The position numbers and the translations under genes were made by a program. From the NCBI GenBank assembly GCA_025454515.1, contig JALOOH010000022.1:1-45066 (forward strand): 45,066 nt of DNA, written 5' to 3'. Shown here piece by piece: positions 1-7,500 of the stretch (its first letter is position 1; the number at the start of each line of letters is the position of its first letter). Under the pieces are notes generated by a model. The model was not told the origin of the DNA. It worked only from the letters and a program-made list of their open reading frames with translations, and ran no database searches. The DNA is from Chloroflexota bacterium. Lineage in GTDB: Bacteria; Chloroflexota; Limnocylindria; Limnocylindrales; CSP1-4.

Positions 1-1
1 G

Positions 2-220
2 GCGAAGGAGCCCGAGCGATGGGAGGCGGTCCGCGGCATGTACGTCATCGACCGCGGCGAGTCCAAGCCGCCGCTCCTGTACTGGATCGACGGCACGCGG
101 CTCTGGACCACCCCCCTCGAGGCCGTGGCGGGCACCGCGCCGTCGTCCGGCGCCGGCTCCGCGTCCCCGCAGACGGAGGGCGCCTCCGAGGCCCCGGCGG
201 AGACGATCGTCTCCCCCTGA
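2..220 (+). CDS. C-terminal fragment of a gene entering from the left edge (unknown function)
   Basis: Frame is open from position 2 (AKEPERWEAVRGMYVIDRGESKPPLLYWIDG...) to TGA at 218-220, with protein-like composition and an acidic low-complexity tail. Confidence 0.6.
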   Translation, partial: AKEPERWEAVRGMYVIDRGESKPPLLYWIDGTRLWTTPLEAVAGTAPSSGAGSASPQTEGASEAPAETIVSP

Positions 221-251
221 CCGCCCGGGTCGCGGCCGGCGACGGGGGGCG

Positions 252-260
252 TGGGATAAT
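252..260 (+). promoter_or_regulatory. Extended -10 element (TGgGATAAT) for a leaderless transcript
   Basis: GATAAT at 255-260 is preceded by TGn and lies 6 nt before ATG 267; no SD. Confidence 0.55.
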
Positions 261-266
261 CCCGCC

Positions 267-702
267 ATGTCCGCGGGCCGCATCGAGGTCGTCGTCGAGA
301 GCGTCCGGGTGCACATGCTCTCGAGAGCCGGAGCGGCCGCTGACCCACGACCTGATGACCGCGCTCATGCGCGACCTCGGCGCGCGGGTGCGGGAGGTGG
401 ACATCGTGCGGCTCGAGGCCGAGACGTTCTTCGCGCGGATCGTCATCGAGGCGGACGGACGCCTCCACGAGGTGGACGCCCGCCCCTCCGATGCGCTCGC
501 GCTCGCGGTGCGGACCGGAGCGCCCGTGTACGCGGCCGAGGACGTGCTCGACCGGGCCGGGGTGCGACCCGAGCCGGACGATGAGGACGACGCCGACCGC
601 TCGGCGCCCGACGGATCGGACGAGCGCCTGTCGGTCTTCCGGGACTTCGTCAACTCCCTCGACGCGGACGATCCCGGCGAGGGGGGAGGTTCCCGGGGCT
701 GA
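267..702 (+). pseudogene. Bifunctional nuclease family (DUF151) gene with internal deletion and frameshift
   Basis: N-terminus MSAGRIEVVVESVRVHMLS is in one frame; EPERPLTHDL...FFARI...DARPSDALALAVR...VLDRAG follows in another frame from ~325. The conserved LPIWIG/EAxAIA segment normally between them is absent. Confidence 0.75.
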
Positions 703-711
703 CCCGCCCGG

Positions 712-1509
712 TCAGTCCGCCGACGGCCGCGTACCGCCGGATGCCAGGATCGGCTCCCCGCGTCGCAGGGCGCGCTGGCGGTCCGACCACATCCGCAGGC
801 GGAGCGACCAGAAGTCCTTCACCGCGCGCCACACGACGGAGACCTTCGCCCCCGTCTGCGAGCCGGCCGTCCTCGGGTGATGCGGGACGCCCACCTCCAC
901 GACGCTCCGGCCGCTCGCCCGCAGCTTGATGAGCATCTCCGCCGAGAAGAACGCCCCGCCGGACGCGACGCGGATCCCGTCGAGGGCCTCGCGCCGGAAG
1001 AGCTTGCACGCGCAGTCCACGTCGGTCACGCGCAGGCCGAACCAGACGCGGTTCGCGAACCGGTAGATCCGCGCGTACGCCGTCCGGACGAACGGGTCGG
1101 CGCGCTTGATCCTGAAGCCGACGACCACGTCCGGATGGTCGGCCTCCTCCATCCGGGCGGACAGCCGACCCAGGTCGGCGACCCGGAACTGGCGGTCGCC
1201 GTCGGTGAACGCGATGTGCGCGTAGCGGGACGCCCGGAAGCCCGACCGGAGGGCCGCGCCATACCCCAGGTTCGTCGGGTGGTGGACGGCCCGGACGACG
1301 CCCGGGTGCGCGGCCGCGAGCCGGTCGGCGATGCGCGGCGTGGCGTCGCGGGACCCGTCGTCCACGATGACGATCTCGAATCGCTCCGCGAGGGACGGCA
1401 GCGTCGCGAGCGCCTCGTCCACGAGGGGCTCCAGGTTGGCCTCCTCGTCGTGGGCCGGGAAGAAGTACGAGAGCTCCGGCAGGCGGGCCGGGGCGGCGGG
1501 CGCGGTCAT
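712..1509 (-). CDS. Glycosyltransferase family 2, DPM/polyprenyl-phosphate-sugar synthase-like
   Basis: SYFFPAHDEE, VDDGSRD, NLGYGAA, FTDGDRQF and TDVDCACKLFR motifs; ATG overlaps the stop of the upstream gene. Confidence 0.9.
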   Translation of the reverse strand: MTAPAAPARLPELSYFFPAHDEEANLEPLVDEALATLPSLAERFEIVIVDDGSRDATPRIADRLAAAHPGVVRAVHHPTNLGYGAALRSGFRASRYAHIAFTDGDRQFRVADLGRLSARMEEADHPDVVVGFRIKRADPFVRTAYARIYRFANRVWFGLRVTDVDCACKLFRREALDGIRVASGGAFFSAEMLIKLRASGRSVVEVGVPHHPRTAGSQTGAKVSVVWRAVKDFWSLRLRMWSDRQRALRRGEPILASGGTRPSAD

Positions 1510-3113
1510 GGCGTGGCTCCTCGGTCCGATGCGACCCGGTAGACGGTCTGGTTCCCCGCGACGAAGACCGGCTCGAGCACGAACGCCTCCTCGAGGTCCC
1601 GCAGGTCCGGCCAGCCCGGGATCACGTACACGGGTCGCTCCGGGAGATCGGCGCGGATGACGTCCGCCATGTCGCCCAGACCCTCGTCGAGCCGCGTCCG
1701 GTCGTCCACGATCCGCAGGTCGCCGCGGCGGCCCTCCACGATGGTCCCATACCAGAGCGGGGTCGAGTAGCTCCACCAGCTCACGACGGTGGCGTCGGGC
1801 TCGAACGCCGCGAAGGCGGACTCGACGAACGAGCGCGCGTCGAGGATGCCGACCTCGCTCGCCCGACGCTCCGACGCCGGGAGGCGTGCGGCCTGGGGGA
1901 GGACGAGCGCGACCGCGAGCAGGGCCGCGGCGACCGCGCCGGCGACGCCGGCCGGGGCAGGTCCGGCCGACGCGCGGGGACGGCGCGCCGCGCCCTCCAC
2001 GAGCTCCACGATCCACCCGGCGCCGACGACGAGCCAGCTCACCGCGACGATCGCCGGCCCCAGGTGGTAGCGGTCGATCTCCGCGTTGTCGTAGACCGCG
2101 GCGAAGACGAGGGTGATGACGAAGGCGGGCACCGTGAGGAGTGCGTACCGGGGCCGACGGATCGCCGTCACCACGGCCGCCGGGACGGCCGCGATGGCGA
2201 GGAGCCCCAGCTGGCCGGTCATCGCGTCCACCATGGCGCGAAGGGTGTCGAGCGGTCGCGCGAGCGGATCCCCCAGGGAGCCGCGGAACTGCTCTCCCAG
2301 CACGATGTACCAGAAGCCGTCCCACGTGCCGGGGCGCGCGTAGATGAGCGGGCGATCCAGCGCGACCGCGAGGGGCAGCTGGAGGTACGCGAGCGCCGCG
2401 ACCCCGAGGACGGTGACGGCGCACCCGAGGAGCATGCGCGGCCGCAGCAGGATCCGCGGCTCGGTGGCCAGGACGAACAGCGCGATCCCCGGGGCGACGA
2501 GGAGCATGAGCGCCTGGTTGCCCAGCGACGCGCCGTAGACGGCCGCGGCGGCGACGAGCCAGCGGTCCGTGCGGTCCAGGCCGGCCCGGCGACGGTCGCC
2601 CCAGACGACGAGCAGCAGCAGCACGACGCCGAGGAGGAGGGCGTGCAGCGCGTGGGGGTCGGCGTGGGTCGCGAGGTACCAGGCCTCGGGCATCAGGGCG
2701 ACGACGAGCCCGCCCGCGAGCGCGAGGACGGGCCGCTCCGTCAGCCGCCCGAACAGGAGCGTGGCGACCGCGGCCGCCCCGCCGATGAGCAGCGCGTTCA
2801 GCAGGTTCATGACGAACGCGGGCGAGCCGAACGGCTGGAGGACGACCGACGCGAGCCACCCGAGCGCGACGTACGTTGGGTAGCCGGTCGGGTGGGCGGT
2901 GCCGAAGACCGGACCGACGGTCTGCATCTCCCCGGTGTCCCAGAACGCGACGCCGGGGAGCAGGTGGAGCCACCCGAGCGCGAACGCGACGAGGCCGGCG
3001 ACGAGGGCGGCCGCGACGAGCGCGCGGGCGCGGCCCGGGTCGTCGACGGGGGCCGGCTCGCCGACGCGGCCGGACGGCGCCGTCGCGTCCCCGCCGGCGG
3101 GCGACCCGGTCAC
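1506..3113 (-). CDS. DUF2723 (GT117/TMEM260-like) GT-C membrane glycosyltransferase
   Basis: WDTGEMQ...GTAHPTGYPTY motif and many TM helices; GTG start overlaps the upstream stop. Confidence 0.8.
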   Translation of the reverse strand: MTGSPAGGDATAPSGRVGEPAPVDDPGRARALVAAALVAGLVAFALGWLHLLPGVAFWDTGEMQTVGPVFGTAHPTGYPTYVALGWLASVVLQPFGSPAFVMNLLNALLIGGAAAVATLLFGRLTERPVLALAGGLVVALMPEAWYLATHADPHALHALLLGVVLLLLVVWGDRRRAGLDRTDRWLVAAAAVYGASLGNQALMLLVAPGIALFVLATEPRILLRPRMLLGCAVTVLGVAALAYLQLPLAVALDRPLIYARPGTWDGFWYIVLGEQFRGSLGDPLARPLDTLRAMVDAMTGQLGLLAIAAVPAAVVTAIRRPRYALLTVPAFVITLVFAAVYDNAEIDRYHLGPAIVAVSWLVVGAGWIVELVEGAARRPRASAGPAPAGVAGAVAAALLAVALVLPQAARLPASERRASEVGILDARSFVESAFAAFEPDATVVSWWSYSTPLWYGTIVEGRRGDLRIVDDRTRLDEGLGDMADVIRADLPERPVYVIPGWPDLRDLEEAFVLEPVFVAGNQTVYRVASDRGATP

Positions 3114-4480
3114 CACCCCATCGCCCCGCGCCACACGACGCCCCACAGCTGCGCGAGCGCCGAGATGCCGATGAGCGCGAAGCCGACCCTCCGCCAGCGG
3201 TCCGACAGGCCGTCGAGGCCGAGCGCCGCCACGGGCAGGAGGAACGGCGCCCAGTCGAGTGAGAAGCGGTACCCGAACTGGACCCAGCCCTGGCTGAAGT
3301 GCATGAGGTCGAGCAGGGCGACGAGGCCCGCCGCCACGACGCCGCCGGCCACCACCGGGTCGCCCCAGCGACGGCGGATCGCCGGGAGGACGAGCAGCCA
3401 CGCCGGGCTCGTGAGCAGCAGGCTCATGCCCACCGCATCGGGCACGAGCCAGGGGCAGTCCGGGTCGAAGAGGCCGCGGGGCGCGTCGGCCGGCGTGCAG
3501 GCGGGCAGGACGTTCGGCGGCTGGAGCAGCATGATCGCGAGGTTGCGCGGGACGTAGCGCGGATCCTCGATGGACCAGTCGCCCACGTAGCCGAGCTCGG
3601 GATAGGCGTCCACCTCCTGGCGGTAGAGGTACTCGTACGCGGGGTTGAACAGGTGCCCCGAGGCGGCGTACGTGTAGCCGACGAGCCCAACCAACGGGAT
3701 GGCCGCCCCGAGCGCCACCGACGCGAGGCGGCGCCTCATCGAGCCGCCCCCGACGAACAGGAAGTACGAGCCGCCGAGCAGGACCGGCATCCGCGCGGCC
3801 GCGGCGAGCCCGAGGAGGAGCCCGGCGGCGACGAGCGGCGGGTCGACGAAGCGGCGCAGCCCCGCGGCCGGATCGAGGCCGACGACGCGCTCCCGAGCGA
3901 GGCCGATCGCCACGGCGCCGAGGACGAGCGGCAGCGCGACGACGTGCGCGGTCCACCACGTGGTCCCGACCGACGCCGCGTACCAGAGCACCGTCCCGAA
4001 GCCGAGGAAGAGGGTGGTGGCCAGCCGCGTGGAGCGCCGGATCTCGATCTCGCCGAGCATGCGGAACGCGACCCCGACGACGAGTGCCGCGGCGAGCGCG
4101 GTCAGCAGCTGCGCGTCCGTGGCGAGCCCCCAGACCGCGACGAACGGCAGCAGCGCGAGCGCCGGCAGCGGCGGGAACGGCAGGAGCCCGCGCCCCGTCT
4201 CGGACCCGTCGGGCCCGAGGATCGGCATGACGTCGTTGTAGTAGTCGTTGCCCGGCGCCGGGTACGGGATCGTCAGGTGACCGTCCAGCCACGCCATCCC
4301 CTGCCAGACGAAGTGCCGGTAGAGGTTCTCCCGGTCCAGGTTCGACAGGCCGTAGACGACGAGCAGCAGAAGGACGACCGCCCCGCCGACGGCGACGGAC
4401 GGGACGGACTCCAGGATGCGGGCGGGCTCGCGGGCCGGTCGAGCCGTCGTGGGGTGACCCGGGGCTATACTCGGTTGCAC
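3110..4480 (-). CDS. Polytopic membrane protein, probable GT-C glycosyltransferase (start uncertain)
   Basis: HFVWQGMAWLDG, PFPPLPA and GWVQFGYRFSLD motifs with many hydrophobic segments. GTG 4480 was chosen; the true start could be further downstream. Confidence 0.7.
   Translation of the reverse strand: MQPSIAPGHPTTARPAREPARILESVPSVAVGGAVVLLLLVVYGLSNLDRENLYRHFVWQGMAWLDGHLTIPYPAPGNDYYNDVMPILGPDGSETGRGLLPFPPLPALALLPFVAVWGLATDAQLLTALAAALVVGVAFRMLGEIEIRRSTRLATTLFLGFGTVLWYAASVGTTWWTAHVVALPLVLGAVAIGLARERVVGLDPAAGLRRFVDPPLVAAGLLLGLAAAARMPVLLGGSYFLFVGGGSMRRRLASVALGAAIPLVGLVGYTYAASGHLFNPAYEYLYRQEVDAYPELGYVGDWSIEDPRYVPRNLAIMLLQPPNVLPACTPADAPRGLFDPDCPWLVPDAVGMSLLLTSPAWLLVLPAIRRRWGDPVVAGGVVAAGLVALLDLMHFSQGWVQFGYRFSLDWAPFLLPVAALGLDGLSDRWRRVGFALIGISALAQLWGVVWRGAMGW
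4466..4471 (+). promoter_or_regulatory. Putative -10 element (TATACT) for the PMT fusion gene
   Basis: Near-consensus hexamer in the divergent region, 66 nt before ATG 4538. Confidence 0.4.
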
Positions 4481-4537
4481 CTCAACGCTCGTGCAGGAGG
4501 CCGAACTCGTTTGACCGGCCCTGAACGGGGCGGCCCC

Positions 4538-7500
4538 ATGGAGGGTGCGACCGCGGAGACCGGGACGACGAGGACCGGGAGCGACTACCGCGCGATCGCG
4601 ATCCTCGTCGCGGTCGGGATCGCCCTCCGGCTCATCATCGCATACGTCCTCCTCGAGCCGGGTTCGGGCTTCGGCGTGGACGTCGCGGCGTTCCGCTACT
4701 GGGCGGACAACCTCGCCGCGTACGGGCCCTTCGGCTTCTACGACCGCGGGTTCTTCGCCGACTACACCCCGGGCTACCTGTACATCCTCTGGCTCGTCGG
4801 GATCGTGGGCAGCTTCTTCGGAGGCGCGGGCGACCTCATCAAGCTGCCGCCGATCCTCGCCGACGGGGCGCTCGCGTTCGTGGTCTGGTGGATGGTCCGC
4901 GACATCGGCGGCGGCCGGCGCGCGGCGCTCATCGGTGCGGCGCTCGTCCTGTTCAACCCGGTCACCTGGTTCGACAGCGCGGTCTGGGGCCAGGTGGACT
5001 CGGTCGGGACGGTCGTCCTGCTCCTCGCCGTCCGGCAGCTCTGGAGGGGGCGGATGATCTCCGCCACGGTCCTCACGACCGTCGCCGCGATCATCAAGCC
5101 GCAGTTCGGGATCCTCATCCCGATCGCCGCTGCCCTCATCCTCCACCGGTACCTCGTGACCCGGCCGCATCGCGACGGCCCCCCGGGGATCGCGTGGCGG
5201 TGGCTCGCGCGCGTCGGGGTCCGCCGCCCGTCCCGCGAGGGCCTCGCCGATCTCGCCGGCGTCCTCGTCGCCGGGATCGGGACGGCCTTCCTGCTCTCGG
5301 TGCCGTTCGCGCTCATGCCGTGGGACCTCGCCCGGAAGATCGTCACGACGGCCGCGCAGTACTCGTACCTGACGGTCAACGCCTACAACCCGTGGGCGCT
5401 GCTCTCGCTTGACGTCGGGGGCGTGGTGAACGGCCTCGCGGCGAACGGCACGTGGGTGCTCGACGTCGCTCGCGACCCCGGCCAGCCCTTCTACTCCTTC
5501 GGCCCGGTCCCGGCGATCGCCGTGGGCACGGCCCTGCTCCTCGCGTTCATCGCCGTGCTCTGCGCGATCGTGTGGCGGCGCGACGATCGCCGGACGCTCC
5601 TCGTGGTCCTCACCGTCATGGCGATCGGTTTCTTCGTCCTGCCGACCCGCGTGCACGAGCGCTACCTGTACCCGGCCTTCGCGCTCGGCGCGATCCTCGC
5701 CGCCACGTCGACGCGCTGGCGGGTGGCGTACGTGGTCCTCGCGATCGCGAGCTTCCTCAACCTCTACGCGATCCTCACGCACCCGTTCTACGACAACCCG
5801 GGGATCTCCGACTGGCTGGGGATCGGCGACCTCGTCCGCTCTCCCGGCGGCGTGGCGGTCGTCGCCATCGCCCACGTCGGCGTCTTCCTCTGGTCCCTCA
5901 CGCGGCTGCGTCGAAGCGCCGTCGAGCAGGACGCGGAGGAGGCGCGCGCGGACCTGCTCGCCGAGGAGGCCGTCGACGCGATCGCGCTGGGCGACGCCGC
6001 CGTGCAGGGCGGCGATGCGGCCGCACGCCCCCCGCGCGTGCCGCCCGCGTCCGACGGCGCCGCCGCTGCCGCGGCCGCGACCGCCGCCGGGGCAGCGACC
6101 GCCGCCACGTGGGACGAGGACCGCCCGCCCGGCGACGCACGGGACGACGCGTGGGACGAGGAGCCCGACGACATCGCGTCCGGGGACGAGCCCGAACGCC
6201 GCCGCGGGATCCCGGGATGGCTGCGCGGGCTCGGTCGGTACCGGACGCACGACCGGTCGGCCCTCCTCGTGCGCGAACGTGGCGGCCGCCTCGACCGGCT
6301 CGACCTCTGGATCCTGTTCGTCCTCGTCGTGGCCGCGCTCGTGCTCCGCACGTACCGCCTCTCCGAGCCGTACCGGATGCACTTCGACGAGGTCTACCAC
6401 GCGCGCACCGCTACGGAGTTCCTCCAGTTCTGGCGGTACGGAGAGCCGCACGAGATCTACGAGTTCACCCATCCGCACCTCGCGAAGTACGCGATCGCGC
6501 TGGGGATCATGGCCTTCGGCAACGACCGGGTCGTCGCCACGAGCGACACGGGCACCCCCGTCGCGGACGCCGCGATCGAGGAGGTCTGGGACGACGGGCT
6601 GACCGCGACCGCCACTGGTGGCGGCCGGCTCTACCTCGCCACGGGCGCGACGGTCGATGCCTACGACCTCGCGAGCCGGGCGCGCGTCGCGACGATCGAG
6701 GCGCCGGGGGCGGCCGCCGTCGCCGTGGACGAGTCATCCCACCGGCTCCTCATCGGCACCCGCAGCGGGACGGTGCTCACGCTCGACACGATGTCCGCGC
6801 TCGAGGCCCCGCGGACCGAGGACGACGTCGGCGTGGCCGACCCCGCCCCGGACGTCCTGGCGACCCTGGGCGCGCCGATCGTGCGGCTGTGGGTGACGCC
6901 CGACGGGACGACGATCGCCGCGGCGCTCGAGGATGACGTCCTCGTGACCCTCGACGCGTTCTCCGGGGAGGAGCTCGGGCGGACCACGATCCCGGGACTC
7001 GGCGGGATCTCCGACGGCGGCTCCGCGCCGTCGATCGTCGTCGACACGTCCGGCGTCACGGACGCCAGGGCGCTCGCCGCGGAGCTGTTCCGCGTCGCCG
7101 GCCTCGACGAGGCGTCCACGGTCGAGCGGCTCGAGGCAGGTGCAGGAGGGCCCGTCGTCCTCGCCGGGGGCCTCGACGGCGCCGTGAAGACCGCTGTCGA
7201 GGACGCGATCGCCGCCGGCACCCTCCCGGGGGTCTCCGTGCAGGACCGCGCCCGGCTTGCCGTGGCGTCCGCCGCCGGCATCGACTTCGTGGACCCGGCG
7301 GACGCGAGCGTCACGGACACGGTCACGCTCCCCGACGCCGCAGCCGCGAGCGACCTGGCGAAGGTGACGGGCGTCGGGAACCCCGCGCTGTACGCCGTCG
7401 GGGGCCGCTCGCTGTGGCGCGTGGACCTCGGCACGGACGCCGGTACGTCGCCGCCAGCCGTGACCCGCACGCTCGCGATGCCGGGCGAGGTCCGGCGGGT

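Noticed and set aside
315-335. Programmed ribosomal frameshift in the DUF151 gene
   Set aside because: No slippery heptamer, and conserved residues are physically missing, so recoding would not restore the protein.
3299-4537. N-terminal extension making the PMT ORF 2224 aa (likewise the extended ORFs for hemB, hemL, hemE, PHP and GT2)
   Set aside because: The extensions overlap other real genes. True starts were assigned from stop/start overlaps, SD or -10 elements, and the onset of homology.
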